NCBI GenBank assembly: GCA_963787125.1
Contig: CAWBBV010000011.1
Coordinates: forward strand, 192,001 to 256,000
DNA length: 64,000 bases
From: an uncultured delta proteobacterium
GTDB lineage: Bacteria; Desulfobacterota; Desulfuromonadia; Geobacterales; DSM-12255
Reading direction: 5' to 3'
A program made the position numbers and the translations under genes. Of the stretch, positions 40,417 to 52,944 are shown piece by piece. Each line of letters begins with the position of its first letter. Position 1 is the first letter of the stretch. The notes beneath the pieces were generated by a model. The model saw nothing but the letters and a program-made list of their open reading frames with translations. It did not search any database and was not told where the DNA came from.

Positions 40417-41733
40417 ATGTCCAAATCAATAACCATCATCGGCGGCGGTCTAGCAGGTTGTGAAGCAGCATGGCAGGCAGCTTCACAAGGAATTAACGTC
40501 ACCCTTTGCGAAATGAAGCCGGAAAAGTTCTCTCCTGCACATGAACTGGAAGGGCTAGCCGAGCTTGTCTGCTCCAACTCTCTCCGCGGCGACTCGCTCG
40601 ACAACGCAGTCGGCCTGCTGAAAGAAGAGCTGCGGCGCACCGGTTCTCTTTTCATGGAGGCTGCAGAAGCGACTCGTGTTCCTGCTGGGGGGGCTCTGGC
40701 GGTTAACCGACTTGAGTTTTCCGCATACATCACGCAGAAAATTTCAGCCCACCCGTTAATTACGATTTCCCGCAAAGAGGTGACCACTATCCCGCCTGAC
40801 GGCATTGTCATTATCGCTTCAGGCCCATTGACAAGCCCGACCCTGGCAGAGGCTATCACTAACCTGGCCGGCGATTATCTCTATTTTTACGATGCTATTG
40901 CACCGATTGTGACCGCTGAATCAATCGATAAGAATATTGTCTACGCGGCGTCCCGTTACGGTAAGGGTGATGGCGATGACTACCTGAACTGCCCTTTCAA
41001 TGAGACTGAGTATCTTGCTTTTATCGAAGCAGTACTTGCCGCTGAAAAGGTAACGCCACGGGAGTTTGAAAAGGTTATTCACTTTGAAGGATGTATGCCG
41101 ATAGAAGAACTCGCATCAAGAGGGGTCGATACACTTCGTTTCGGAGCAATGAAACCGGTAGGCCTTGACGACCCGCGCACCGGACGTGAGCCTTATGCAG
41201 TCGTGCAGCTTCGCAAAGAGAACCTGGCCGGCACGCTGCAGAACCTGGTCGGATTTCAGACTAAAATGACCTGGCCGGAACAGAAGCGAATCTTCAGGAT
41301 GATTCCCGGTCTGCAGAACGCAGAGTTTGCACGCCTGGGATCGATGCACCGCAACACTTTCATAAACTCCCCTGCCCTGCTGCTGTCAACCCTGCAGCTG
41401 AAAAGCGACCCGCGCATCCTGTTCGCCGGGCAGATTACCGGTGTTGAAGGTTATGTGGAATCTGCCGGAAGCGGCTTTATTGCGGGATTGAATGCAGCGT
41501 ATTTTGCCAAAGGTGTCTCTATAAGCCAGCCACCGTCTGAATCTGCACTCGGTGCACTTTTACACCATGTAACAAATGCCGAAGTAAAACATTTTCAGCC
41601 GATGAATGTTAACTACGGGCTTTTCCCCGAAATAGCCGGAAAAATCAAAAAGAAGGAACGCCGGGGAAAGCTCGCAGAGCGCGCTTTGACTTCAATAGAC
41701 AAATGGAAGGAAGAGGTGAAGCATGACAAATAA
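40417..41733 (+). CDS. trmFO: Folate-dependent tRNA (uracil-5)-methyltransferase
   Basis: [38 protein letters not shown]. Confidence 0.96.
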   Translation: MSKSITIIGGGLAGCEAAWQAASQGINVTLCEMKPEKFSPAHELEGLAELVCSNSLRGDSLDNAVGLLKEELRRTGSLFMEAAEATRVPAGGALAVNRLEFSAYITQKISAHPLITISRKEVTTIPPDGIVIIASGPLTSPTLAEAITNLAGDYLYFYDAIAPIVTAESIDKNIVYAASRYGKGDGDDYLNCPFNETEYLAFIEAVLAAEKVTPREFEKVIHFEGCMPIEELASRGVDTLRFGAMKPVGLDDPRTGREPYAVVQLRKENLAGTLQNLVGFQTKMTWPEQKRIFRMIPGLQNAEFARLGSMHRNTFINSPALLLSTLQLKSDPRILFAGQITGVEGYVESAGSGFIAGLNAAYFAKGVSISQPPSESALGALLHHVTNAEVKHFQPMNVNYGLFPEIAGKIKKKERRGKLAERALTSIDKWKEEVKHDK

Positions 41734-41998
41734 CGAAAATCAGAAAAAATCACTCATTCAGAAGATATTCTCAATGGAGACGATGATCTTCCTCGTCGGA
41801 CTATTTTTACTCGGATCTGGATTCCATCGAGGCGAACCGATGCAGTACTTCTTTGGCGGAATGATCATCAGCGGTTCGATCGCTCTTCATTTTGTCAGGA
41901 AAAAGGACTGGAAGAAGCACTGGGAAGAACAGGAAGCGATGCAACGCCGCTATGAAGCACGCCGCAAAATGGAACAAGAGGATAAAGATGAGCTGTAA
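41723..41998 (+). CDS. Small hypothetical membrane protein
   Basis: Two hydrophobic segments; overlaps both neighbours. Confidence 0.7.
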   Translation: MTNNENQKKSLIQKIFSMETMIFLVGLFLLGSGFHRGEPMQYFFGGMIISGSIALHFVRKKDWKKHWEEQEAMQRRYEARRKMEQEDKDEL

Positions 41999-42575
41999 CA
42001 GCGCCATAGTCCTGGCATCAGCATCACCCAGGCGCTCAGAACTGCTTGAGTCTGCCGGAATAGACTTCACAGTTGTCCCTGGAGATATCGATGAAACTCC
42101 TTTCCCGGGAGAAGACCCGACTAACCATGTGCTGCGCCTGGCAGAGGAGAAAGCCCGTGAAGTCGCCTCAAGAGCTGAAGGCCGCTTCTTTGTCGGTGCC
42201 GACACCATCGTACTCAGTGACAATGAGATCATGGGGAAACCGGGCAACAGTGACGATGCAATCAGGATGCTGCGCAAGCTCTCCGGTCGGGCGCATCAGG
42301 TGATAACAGGCTTTGCCGTTTTGGATCGTCACACCGGCAGAATCGAGTCACAGGTCGTCAGCACTGACGTCTCCTTCAAGACCCTTAACGATGCAGAAAT
42401 TTCTACTTACGTCGCTACCGGCTGTCCAATGGACAAGGCAGGAGCTTATGCAATTCAAGGTGGCGCGGCCTACATGGTAGAACGCATCGACGGTTCATAC
42501 ACCAATGTTGTCGGACTGCCTCTGTGTGAAGTGGTCGCCACACTCAGGCGGATGGAGGCATTAAATAAAAGTTAA
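41988..42575 (+). CDS. maf: Maf-family nucleoside triphosphate pyrophosphatase
   Basis: LASASPRR, GADT, DKAGAYAIQG, NVVGLP. Confidence 0.95.
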   Translation: MSCNSAIVLASASPRRSELLESAGIDFTVVPGDIDETPFPGEDPTNHVLRLAEEKAREVASRAEGRFFVGADTIVLSDNEIMGKPGNSDDAIRMLRKLSGRAHQVITGFAVLDRHTGRIESQVVSTDVSFKTLNDAEISTYVATGCPMDKAGAYAIQGGAAYMVERIDGSYTNVVGLPLCEVVATLRRMEALNKS

Positions 42576-42614
42576 AAGTGTATTTTAATACTCGGCCATG
42601 ATATAAAATAACTT

Positions 42615-43289
42615 ATGGAATTAGCATCTGCATCATTTTCCAAGGTTGCCGGATTTTTTACAAAAACCGGCAGCAGGCGGCTTTCATCAGCCTTTCTGCT
42701 TATGTTCCTGATTTTTACCGCAGGTTATACACTCGGGGACAAAGATCCGCCTGCACCTTCTTTTCACAACATGATAGTGAATCACGCTGACGACCTCTCA
42801 AACCTGATAACCCCCGAAGACAGTCGAGTTAAAGCCCTGGCAAAACAGCTAAAAACGCCGAGAAATGCTTATGTCTATCTGCGTGATTCAGTTGCTTTTG
42901 ACCCTTCACTGCCCGTGTTGACCGCAGGCAAAATAGCCGAGCAGCGGCAAGCAAGCTGTCTGGGCAAAGCTGTTCTTCTCACCAGTCTCTACCTTGCCAT
43001 GGGTATGAGTTCAAACCAGGTGAGGGTGGTAACCGGCGAAGTTGAGGCTGGCCAGGGGATACTGGATCACGCCTGGGTTGAACTGGAAACAGAAGGGAAA
43101 TGCCTGCAACAGGATAGTACCGATCTTCTCGGTAAATTTTCCTTTGACCAGTTCCAGGGAATGGCTTATACAAATGCATTCATACGCCGGGAGAGTTACG
43201 CGTTTAATGATAAAGGGCTGGCAATTATATCCAGACTGAACATTATGAAAGACTCCGGGCACCCGGTCATGACAAAAGGTCTTCAATAG
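42615..43289 (+). CDS. Transglutaminase-like protein
   Basis: SCLGKA, HAWVE, QDST putative Cys-His-Asp triad; N-terminal anchor. Confidence 0.7.
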   Translation: MELASASFSKVAGFFTKTGSRRLSSAFLLMFLIFTAGYTLGDKDPPAPSFHNMIVNHADDLSNLITPEDSRVKALAKQLKTPRNAYVYLRDSVAFDPSLPVLTAGKIAEQRQASCLGKAVLLTSLYLAMGMSSNQVRVVTGEVEAGQGILDHAWVELETEGKCLQQDSTDLLGKFSFDQFQGMAYTNAFIRRESYAFNDKGLAIISRLNIMKDSGHPVMTKGLQ

Positions 43290-43303
43290 AGAAACTCTCA
43301 CCC

Positions 43304-43987
43304 ATGGCACTATCCGCAAACCTTAAAAATATCCATTCTAAGATTGTCGCAGCTGCGCTCTCCGCTGGACGTTTCCCGGAAGAAATCCGTCTTGTAGCTG
43401 TTTCCAAGACTAAACCGGCAGTAGTGGTTGAAGAAGCTGCGGCGGCGGGGCAATTGCTCTTCGGCGAAAATTATGTGCAGGAGTTTGCCGCCAAGGCGAC
43501 AGAAATCACCTGCCCCGTAGAGTGGCATTTCATTGGGCATCTCCAGAGCAACAAGGTTAAATATATTGCCGGTCTGGCCGTTATGATTCACTCTGTTGAC
43601 CGGTTGTCCCTGGCAGAAGAGATTGACCGGCAGTGGGGCAGGATTAACAGAGTATGCGACATCCTGATTCAGGTAAACCTATCCGGAGAAACAAGCAAGA
43701 GCGGCACAACCTTCAAAGAAGCTCAAGAACTTGTCAGACAGGTCTCCATGCTGCAAAACATCCGTATCTGCGGACTTATGACCATGCCACCTTTCTTTGA
43801 CGACCCTCAAGGAGCACGCCCCTACTTCCGCGAGTTGAAACGGCTTGCGCAAGAGATTGAGTCGCTCGCCATCCCGAGCGTATCGATGAAAGAGCTGTCC
43901 ATGGGGATGTCAGGTGATTTTGAAGTCGCTATCGAGGAGGGGGCTACTCTGGTACGCATCGGTTCAGCAATTTTCGGTTCCCGCTAG
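43304..43987 (+). CDS. yggS: PLP homeostasis protein
   Basis: LVAVSKTK, FGENYVQE, HFIGHLQSNK, SMGMSGD, RIGSAIFG. Confidence 0.96.
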   Translation: MALSANLKNIHSKIVAAALSAGRFPEEIRLVAVSKTKPAVVVEEAAAAGQLLFGENYVQEFAAKATEITCPVEWHFIGHLQSNKVKYIAGLAVMIHSVDRLSLAEEIDRQWGRINRVCDILIQVNLSGETSKSGTTFKEAQELVRQVSMLQNIRICGLMTMPPFFDDPQGARPYFRELKRLAQEIESLAIPSVSMKELSMGMSGDFEVAIEEGATLVRIGSAIFGSR

Positions 43988-44131
43988 AACCCTTTGGAAT
44001 TCGAATTCCGAGACTTAAAATCTAGTTACGCAGTAAAAGCGCCACTGGAGTTAAAAAAGCTGTTTGATCAGAAATACTGCTACAACCGACCCAGATTAAA
44101 CCGATTACGTTAACATCGGCATCGTACCGGA

Positions 44132-45757
44132 TCAGCATTGAAAAGCCCTGCCATACTCCCGCGTCAACAACTCGATTGACACACCCTCGATAAACCCCCA
44201 TGGCAACTCCTCCTCCAGCGGGATCTGCCTGGTGACCGCCAGCTCCACGTCGATGCCGACCGCTTTTGCCCCTTTTTTCCAGCTCCCAAGTTCATCACTT
44301 TTAACAAGAAACTCTGCCAAATCCCTGTCGCCCCTTGAAAGCAGCGCCTGAAGCATCGCTTCCTTGAGACTTTCAGCATGCACCGTGACATTCGGTACCC
44401 GTCGCAAGGCCCCCTGAATCGTTGCCAGCCGCTTCTCCAGAATCTTTAGCGGCATCATGCCACACCACTGAAACGGAGTAAACGGTTTGGGGACGAACGG
44501 ATTAATCGACAGGGTTATCTCCCCGAGACGCTTGTTCAGCTTGGCACGGGCAACCACAATTTCCCGGATTTTCCCGACAAGGGCGAGCAGCTCTTCTATG
44601 TCGGCGTCAGTTTCTGTCGGCAGGCCGATTATGAAGTAGAGTTTGAGATTGAGAATATCCTTTTCGATCAATCTCTCACATGCCGTAATAATCTGTCCTT
44701 CCGTAATCCCTTTCTTTATCAGGTCACGTAGCCGCTGCGAACCACCTTCCGGCGCGAGAGTTGCGGTTTTGTGGCCGCTTTCTACCAACAGAGAGGTCAT
44801 GGTTTCGTCAAGCCCATCTATTCGCAGTGACGACACGGAGAAACTGCCGCCGCTGTCCATAATATGACGACATAGTTCGCCGATCCCCTGATAATCACCC
44901 ACTGCCGCGGCTACAAGTCCGATTTTCTTCCCTTCAGCTATCCCTTTGCCGATGTCCGCTTTGACAGCTTCAAGTGAGCGCTGTCGGTAGGGAAGATAGA
45001 TGAATCCGGCCGCACAGAAGCGGCACCCTCTCGGGCAACCGCGCGACAGCTCGACAAGGTGCAGATCTGAAAACTCGGTCTCCGGCGTACTTATGGCTGT
45101 GGCGACCGGATGTCTGTCAAGTTCCTTCAGGTAAAGCCTGGCAACAGCCCCGCCGCAGTCGCCCCTGCCAAGCGAGGGTATATACATTCCGGGCAGCCTG
45201 GAAAGGGCCCTATAAAGCTCGCTGCGGCCAGCTGATGCCCCCATGAGGCCCTCCAACAGGCCTGGCAGAAGCTCTTCAGCCTCTCCGAGACAGATTGCAT
45301 CCATGAAATCTGCCACCGGCTCAGGGTTCAGGAATGTAGCAGCGCCACCGGCCAGGATAAATGGATCTTTTTCGGATCTGGCAGCAGTGTAGCAGGGGAG
45401 TCCGGCAAGGCGGAATATGGCAGGGATGTTGAGGTAGTCACTCTCAAAGGATATGGAGAAAGCTACTACGTCAAACCCTGAAACAGGCTGTTGCGATTCA
45501 AGGGAGAGGAGAGGGGTACGGCTGTCCTGATGCTCGCGCATATCTTCCTGATCGGGCAGAAAGGCACGTTCACAGAGGATGTCCGGAGCGGCATTCAACA
45601 TCGCATGAACTGCCTGAAAGCCCAGATTGCTCATGGCTATGCGATAGCGGTTCGGATAGACCAGACAGATTCGCAGAGCTGCACCGCGCTTGCTGATCGA
45701 ACCGCCTGACTCTGCAGCCAGTCGATTTTTAAGTTTTGAAATTATTTTCCAGGACAT
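44132..45757 (-). CDS. Radical SAM protein (B12-binding-like N-terminus)
   Basis: MSNLG, RGCPRGCRFC, FVPKPFTPFQW. Confidence 0.88.
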   Translation of the reverse strand: MSWKIISKLKNRLAAESGGSISKRGAALRICLVYPNRYRIAMSNLGFQAVHAMLNAAPDILCERAFLPDQEDMREHQDSRTPLLSLESQQPVSGFDVVAFSISFESDYLNIPAIFRLAGLPCYTAARSEKDPFILAGGAATFLNPEPVADFMDAICLGEAEELLPGLLEGLMGASAGRSELYRALSRLPGMYIPSLGRGDCGGAVARLYLKELDRHPVATAISTPETEFSDLHLVELSRGCPRGCRFCAAGFIYLPYRQRSLEAVKADIGKGIAEGKKIGLVAAAVGDYQGIGELCRHIMDSGGSFSVSSLRIDGLDETMTSLLVESGHKTATLAPEGGSQRLRDLIKKGITEGQIITACERLIEKDILNLKLYFIIGLPTETDADIEELLALVGKIREIVVARAKLNKRLGEITLSINPFVPKPFTPFQWCGMMPLKILEKRLATIQGALRRVPNVTVHAESLKEAMLQALLSRGDRDLAEFLVKSDELGSWKKGAKAVGIDVELAVTRQIPLEEELPWGFIEGVSIELLTREYGRAFQC

Positions 45758-45779
45758 TGGGGAATATCATAAAAAGAAA

Positions 45780-45809
45780 ACCGGCTCCCCAAGGGGGTGG
45801 GGAGCCGGT
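45780..45809 (-). terminator. Intrinsic terminator after ftsZ
   Basis: ACCGGCTCCCC...GGGGAGCCGGT followed by a T-rich tract on the minus strand. Confidence 0.75.
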
Positions 45810-45815
45810 GATCAA

Positions 45816-46976
45816 TCAATCTACTGACTTGCGGAGGAAAGTCGGGATATCAAACTGGTCTTCCTCGTCTATGAGGAAGCTCGGTTGCCTGCTGACAGGC
45901 GCCCGACGCGGGGTCTGCTGCTCGTTCTTGCGCTCAAAGGTAGGCCGTTCCAGATCGATTCTGGAAACATCCTGAAGTCTGGTAACCTTCTCGGCTTTGA
46001 CACTCCCTACATCAAAACGATCACCAAAACCTGTGGCAATTGCCGTTACCTTCAGCAGATCACCCAACTCCTCATCAACCCGAAGGCCGATGATGATGTT
46101 GGCATCCTCATGAACCCTGTCATGAATAATCCGGCTGGCAACGTCGAACTCATCCATTGTCATACTGGAAGAGCCGCAGATGTTGACCAGAACACCCTTG
46201 GCGCCAGAGATATCGATATCTTCGAGCAGTGGGCTGGAGATGGCTGCAGTAGCCGCTTCAGTGGCACGATTATCACCGCTGGCAACGCCAATCCCCATCA
46301 TTGCCATACCGCGGACACTCATGACGGATTTGACATCGGCAAAGTCGACATTGATCAGGCCTGAAGTGGTGATGAGGTCGGAAATCCCCTGAACAGCCTG
46401 ACGCAGCACGTCATCAGAAGGTTTGAAGGCATCGAGAATGGAGGCATTCTTTCCTGCCAAACCGATAAGACGGTCGTTAGGGATAACAATAAGAGAATCG
46501 ACATGTTTTTTCAGTTCGCGGATACCGTTTTCTGCCTGCTCCTTGCGGCGTTTCCCTTCGCGGGTAAACGGCTTGGTGACAACGCCGACAGTAAGAGCGC
46601 CAAGCTCCTTGGCTACATCGGCTATAACCGGGGCAGCGCCGGTACCGGTGCCACCGCCCATTCCGGCAGCAATAAAGACCATGTCGGCGCCATGAAGGGT
46701 TTCCAGCAGCCGCTCCCGATCCTCAATTGCCGCATCACGTCCAACACCCGGTTCAGCACCGGCGCCAAGTCCCTTGGTAAGCTGGGAACCTAGCTGTACC
46801 TTGGTTGTAGCCTTGGAACTCCTGAGCGCCTGCGCATCAGTATTTGCCACGATGAACTCGACATGGTGGACATTCTTTTCTATCATGGTGTTGACAGCAT
46901 TACTGCCACCGCCACCGACCCCGACGACTTTAATTCTTGCTGGCTGCTCTATGGTCTGGTCAATATCAAACGGCAT
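45816..46976 (-). CDS. ftsZ: Cell division protein FtsZ
   Basis: [30 protein letters not shown] favours ATG 46976. Confidence 0.98.
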   Translation of the reverse strand: MPFDIDQTIEQPARIKVVGVGGGGSNAVNTMIEKNVHHVEFIVANTDAQALRSSKATTKVQLGSQLTKGLGAGAEPGVGRDAAIEDRERLLETLHGADMVFIAAGMGGGTGTGAAPVIADVAKELGALTVGVVTKPFTREGKRRKEQAENGIRELKKHVDSLIVIPNDRLIGLAGKNASILDAFKPSDDVLRQAVQGISDLITTSGLINVDFADVKSVMSVRGMAMMGIGVASGDNRATEAATAAISSPLLEDIDISGAKGVLVNICGSSSMTMDEFDVASRIIHDRVHEDANIIIGLRVDEELGDLLKVTAIATGFGDRFDVGSVKAEKVTRLQDVSRIDLERPTFERKNEQQTPRRAPVSRQPSFLIDEEDQFDIPTFLRKSVD

Positions 46977-47023
46977 ACCGTTCCCCCTTCCGGTTATCAT
47001 ATTTAAAACGAAACTTAATTAGT

Positions 47024-48262
47024 TTAGAAAAACTCTCCGAACCACTCTTTCATCCTTCTGCTAACTTTCCTGAAGAGGCTGTCATCGCTCTGAGTCGTCG
47101 GAAAGTGAGTGACGCTCTCCATGTGCCTGCTGCCGTAAACAACAAGACCGACGCCGGTCGCATATACCGGAGAGTTAACCACATCAACAAGTCCGCCGAT
47201 CCCTTGGGGAGAACCCCTCCGCACGGGGAGATTGAAAACCTGCTCTGCCAGCTCCGGCATCCCTTCCAGGATTGTGCTGCCACCGGTGATAACGATGCCG
47301 GAGGCGATCACATCTTCAAAACCTGACTTTACTATCTCACGGTTTACCAGGGTGAAAATCTCTTCTACCCGCGGCTCCAGAATTTCTGCCAGAAGCTGCC
47401 GTGAAAGTATCCGCGGTTTTCTGCCGCCGACACTGGGAACTTCAATGGTCTCATCCTTGCCTACAAGCGAGGCAAGGCAGCAACCGTACTTTTGTTTGAT
47501 CTTTTCTGCTTCAGCCATAGGAGTTCTGAGGCCCACGGCAATATCGTTGGTGAGGTGATTGCCACCAAGAGAGAGCACGGAAGTGTGTTTTATCGCCCCG
47601 TCGACAAAAATGGCGATGTCGGTTGTGCCGCCACCGATATCAATAAGCGCCACGCCAAGCTCTTTCTCATCCGCAGAAAGCACCGCCTCGGAAGAAGCCA
47701 GCTGCTCAAGAACAATGTCGGCAACATCGAGACCACCGCGGTTGCACGATTTGACGATATTCTGGGCACTTGCCGCGGCACCGGTAACGATGTGAACTTT
47801 GGCTTCAAGGCGGACACCGCTCATACCGAGAGGCTCACGGATGCCGTCCTGATCATCGATGATGAACTCCTGGGGCAGGATATGGATGACTTCGCGGTCC
47901 ATGGGGATGGCTATCGCCTTGGCCGCTTCAATAACCCGCTTCACATCATCAGGAGCGACTTCACGGTTCTTGATGGCAATGACACCCTGGGAGTTGATCC
48001 CTTTGATGTGTCCACCGGCAATACCTGCGAAAACGCTTTTTATCTCGCAACCAGCCATCAACTCCGCTTCTTCTACTGCCTTGCGGATCGATTGAACGGT
48101 GCTGTCTATGTTAATCACGACACCTTTACGGAGACCGCGAGACGGGCTGGAACCTATGCCGACTATATCGATCCCTTCTTCGGTAACAACACCGACAATG
48201 GCGCAGATTTTTGTTGTGCCGATATCAAGTCCTACTATGAGATTGTCTCTTCTTGCAGACAT
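47024..48262 (-). CDS. ftsA: Cell division protein FtsA
   Basis: LDIGTTK, DIGGGTT, C-terminal amphipathic helix. Confidence 0.98.
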   Translation of the reverse strand: MSARRDNLIVGLDIGTTKICAIVGVVTEEGIDIVGIGSSPSRGLRKGVVINIDSTVQSIRKAVEEAELMAGCEIKSVFAGIAGGHIKGINSQGVIAIKNREVAPDDVKRVIEAAKAIAIPMDREVIHILPQEFIIDDQDGIREPLGMSGVRLEAKVHIVTGAAASAQNIVKSCNRGGLDVADIVLEQLASSEAVLSADEKELGVALIDIGGGTTDIAIFVDGAIKHTSVLSLGGNHLTNDIAVGLRTPMAEAEKIKQKYGCCLASLVGKDETIEVPSVGGRKPRILSRQLLAEILEPRVEEIFTLVNREIVKSGFEDVIASGIVITGGSTILEGMPELAEQVFNLPVRRGSPQGIGGLVDVVNSPVYATGVGLVVYGSRHMESVTHFPTTQSDDSLFRKVSRRMKEWFGEFF

Positions 48263-48314
48263 TCATACCCCCACTTGGCTTTTTGCTTCTAAAGTGAATG
48301 GCGCCAGGCCATTA

Positions 48315-49136
48315 TCAGGTTTTTTTAACGACTATCCTGTCGCTGTAATCAAGATCGATATATTCGAGCGACGGAATCTGCGGCTGGAGCAGGCTGTACA
48401 CTTTTGCCAACCGGTCGAGTTTATCGCTGAAACCCTCTGTCCCTAGACGTATCGGCAATCCTTTGTTCAGCGTAAAGAGGGTGTAACCAAAACCCTTGTC
48501 GTAATGCAGCTCGGAAATATCAGCCAGCGAAATCCCGGAGCGCTCTTTTTTTAACTGCTGGAGCAGCGCCAGTATCCCTTTAAGGGTCTCTTTTGCGCCG
48601 GTTGGATCACGAATCAGATCATCCTCTGAAAGCCCGGTTATAACCGGGTAATCGAGGCTGTCACCCTCCTGAAGCGGCTTGAATATCTCTCCCCGACTGT
48701 CAAGATAGTAAAGATAGCCCATACTGACGACACCTACCGGCTGCCGCTCCTGCACATCAATGGAGAGTGAATGCGGGAAAGTACGCCTGACTCTGACAGA
48801 AGCCACCCACGGGTTTTTTGTCAACTGCTCACCCATACGGGAAAGCCTGATCCCAAGGAGGTCATCGCCAATCTTCACCGACGCAGCTGACATGATCTCA
48901 TCTCTTGTCAGCTTTTTAAAGCCGGTAACGTCTACCCGTTCGAGCTTTAAAAAAGTAGTCTTACCTATGAAACCATACAGTTCGAAACAGACTAAAAAGA
49001 CAAGAGATACTACCACAACCGCGGCCGTCACCCGCACAGTTTTTTTCAACAAACCGCGCACGTCAATCTTTTTCCGCTGCTTCTTGAAGCGGTTTCTTGT
49101 CGCCGGTTTTTGATTGTTCAGGTTAAGTTCGCGCAT
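48315..49136 (-). CDS. ftsQ: Cell division protein FtsQ
   Basis: Single TM, POTRA (PWV..V.RTFP), YIDL; dcw position. Confidence 0.92.
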   Translation of the reverse strand: MRELNLNNQKPATRNRFKKQRKKIDVRGLLKKTVRVTAAVVVVSLVFLVCFELYGFIGKTTFLKLERVDVTGFKKLTRDEIMSAASVKIGDDLLGIRLSRMGEQLTKNPWVASVRVRRTFPHSLSIDVQERQPVGVVSMGYLYYLDSRGEIFKPLQEGDSLDYPVITGLSEDDLIRDPTGAKETLKGILALLQQLKKERSGISLADISELHYDKGFGYTLFTLNKGLPIRLGTEGFSDKLDRLAKVYSLLQPQIPSLEYIDLDYSDRIVVKKT

Positions 49137-49265
49137 AGGCCCCTAAAAGCGCTTTGCCCTGAAAAAATATCCTACTGAGCACTACAATTTTATTGAAAAT
49201 AAATAGCATATATGAGTCTCGGTTTATAGTGGAATCTGCCCTTTAAAGTAATTTTTACTGCCTGG

Positions 49266-50177
49266 TCAAATCTTAAGGGAAGCAGATTTTACAATCAGTT
49301 CGACAAGCTCTTCAAAGCAAATCCCTGAGTGCTGGGCAATCTCCGGGAGAAGACTTAAGGCCGTCATCCCCGGCAGAGTGTTCACTTCGAGAAGATACGC
49401 CTCTTTTTCTGCCGTAACAATAAAGTCGACACGACTGTAACCGGAGCAGCCAAGGGCGGCATGGGCCTCTTCACCAAGGCGCAGCAGGGCGTCATACTGA
49501 TCTGAAGGCAACGGCGCAGGCATGATGTGAGTCGCCATACCATCGGTGTATTTTGCCTCAAAATCGTAGAACTCGTTTTTCGGCACTATCTCTATCGCCC
49601 CGATTCCCTTCTCGGCCAGAATACCGACCTGGATTTCACGGCCTTTCACATATTTTTCAACAAGAATCTCGCTGTCATACCTGAAGGCAACTTCGATGGC
49701 ATGCGGCAGCTCTTCTACTGACTTGACAATGCTGACTCCGACTGATGAACCCTCCCGCGAGGGTTTCACAACTACCGGAAAAGCGAACGGCAGTTGCGTG
49801 ACAGCAGGCAGAGCCCCTTTTTTAAAGACCACATAAGGGGCTATTGTCAGGCCGCTTGCCGCAAAGATCTTTTTTGCAAAAACCTTGTCCATGGCCAGAG
49901 CGCTGGCAAGAACACCGGAACCGGTATAGGGGATAGCCAGCAGTTCCAGCAGCCCCTGAACCGAACCGTCCTCGCCATAGCGGCCATGGAGGCAGACGAA
50001 GGCGATCTCGATCTTTTCAGTCAAAAGAACTGCGGCAAGATCACGCCCCACATCTATGGTTACGGCGTTGTAGCCCCTTGCAAGCAGCGCTTTATGAACA
50101 GCCGCGCCGCTTTTTAGCGATACTTCCCGTTCAGCGGAAAGCCCCCCCAGCAGCACACCAATTTTTTTCGACTTCAT
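49266..50177 (-). CDS. ddl: D-Ala-D-Ala ligase
   Basis: [25 protein letters not shown]. Confidence 0.97.
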   Translation of the reverse strand: MKSKKIGVLLGGLSAEREVSLKSGAAVHKALLARGYNAVTIDVGRDLAAVLLTEKIEIAFVCLHGRYGEDGSVQGLLELLAIPYTGSGVLASALAMDKVFAKKIFAASGLTIAPYVVFKKGALPAVTQLPFAFPVVVKPSREGSSVGVSIVKSVEELPHAIEVAFRYDSEILVEKYVKGREIQVGILAEKGIGAIEIVPKNEFYDFEAKYTDGMATHIMPAPLPSDQYDALLRLGEEAHAALGCSGYSRVDFIVTAEKEAYLLEVNTLPGMTALSLLPEIAQHSGICFEELVELIVKSASLKI

Positions 50178-51064
50178 AAGTCCTCCCCGACAATCCTTAC
50201 CTCTTCTTCAAGCAGAATAGCGGAAGTTTTGAATACTGCCCCCTTGACGACTTCAGCCAACTCAAAAAAATCGGCGGCAGTGGCGCCACCCCTATTGACA
50301 AGAAAATTTCCGTGCAGCTCTGAAACTCCGGCGCCACCAACCGTCAGCCCGCGCATTCCGGCTGCGTCTATAAGCCGCCATGCAGCCTGACCTGGCGGGT
50401 TTTTAAAAAATGAACCGGCACTTGGGAAGCCGACATTATGTTTGGTGCGGCGCAGTTCAAGATCTTTTCTGATCTCCGCTTCGGTCAACGCCGGATCACA
50501 CGCTTCCAGTTTTAACATGACGGCTAGAAGAATATCGACGGGTTCAAGAGAAAGTCGCCGGTAACCATAATCAAGCTGGCTGACACAGAACTCTTTTATT
50601 TCGCCACCACGCAGCAGTGTCAGGCAGGCGGTCCGCTCAAGAATACCCACTCCGTAGGCGCCGGCGTTCATTCTGATTGCGCCGCCAACAGTGCCAGGTA
50701 TGCCGGCAATGAAGCCGATGCCGCCAAGACCGTGCCGCTGGGCAAACCTGACAACATCGAGATTCTCCGCTCCAGCTTCAGCCATGAGCTGCCCTTCACC
50801 GCAGAGCTCTATCCTGTTGAACCGCTCCAGGGAGATCACCGCCCCGCGGATGCCGCCATCTTTTACCAGCAGGTTATAGCCACGCCCGACAGCCAGCCAG
50901 GGCAAACCGGCTGTAGCGAGCTGAGCAATGAGCGCTTGCAGGTCTGCAACATCCTCAGGGATCGCAAAAAGATCTGCCGGGCCGCCTACCTTGAGTGACG
51001 TGTGGCGGCTCATCGGCTCATCCGGCAACAGAGCGCCGCGTATGATGATTTCGGGGGACTTCAG
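50174..51064 (-). CDS. murB: UDP-N-acetylenolpyruvoylglucosamine reductase (start uncertain: CTG 51064 or TTG 51028)
   Basis: [29 protein letters not shown]. Confidence 0.93.
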   Translation of the reverse strand: MKSPEIIIRGALLPDEPMSRHTSLKVGGPADLFAIPEDVADLQALIAQLATAGLPWLAVGRGYNLLVKDGGIRGAVISLERFNRIELCGEGQLMAEAGAENLDVVRFAQRHGLGGIGFIAGIPGTVGGAIRMNAGAYGVGILERTACLTLLRGGEIKEFCVSQLDYGYRRLSLEPVDILLAVMLKLEACDPALTEAEIRKDLELRRTKHNVGFPSAGSFFKNPPGQAAWRLIDAAGMRGLTVGGAGVSELHGNFLVNRGGATAADFFELAEVVKGAVFKTSAILLEEEVRIVGEDL

Positions 51065-51065
51065 C

Positions 51066-52439
<1,374 letters not shown>

Positions 52440-52473
52440 AAGTTGATCCTTTTGTTTATAACCTGAAATTAGT

Positions 52474-52944
52474 TTATACAACTTCGATCCCGCCCATGGT
52501 TATGATAATCCGCCACTCAGCCGCACTGACCGGTTGGATGGAGAGTCGGCTGCGATTGACGAGCAGCATAGACGTCAAAAGAGGATTCCCTTTTATCGCC
52601 TCAAGGGTGACTTCCCGCGGCAACGCCTGCTGATAGCGGACATCCACCATATACCAGATTGGCTTATCTGCCGAAGCTTTCGGATCGAAATGCTCACTGT
52701 CCGGATCACGGGCAGTGAAGTCAGGATACCCTTCCCGGACAACCTCTGCAATCCCTACTATAGCCGGCTGCGGGATATTGCTGTGATAAAAGAGGACTTG
52801 ATCGCCAAGTCTCACAGAGTCACGCAGAAAGTTGCGCGCCTGAAAATTGCGGACTCCGTCCCAATGCTCAGTCATCTCCGTCCGATTCTTCAGGTCTGCA
52901 AATGAAAAACAGCCCGGTTCGGTCTTGAACAGCCAGTAGTTCAC
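52474..52944 (-). CDS. EVE-domain protein
   Basis: [30 protein letters not shown]. Confidence 0.93.
   Translation of the reverse strand: MNYWLFKTEPGCFSFADLKNRTEMTEHWDGVRNFQARNFLRDSVRLGDQVLFYHSNIPQPAIVGIAEVVREGYPDFTARDPDSEHFDPKASADKPIWYMVDVRYQQALPREVTLEAIKGNPLLTSMLLVNRSRLSIQPVSAAEWRIIITMGGIEVV

Noticed and set aside
43996..44009. Perfect palindrome GGAATTCGAATTCC between convergent genes
   Set aside because: Short and single, with no terminator tail; could be chance.
49137..49265. NrdR-like boxes upstream of ftsQ
   Set aside because: Matches are too degenerate; probably just an internal AT-rich promoter.
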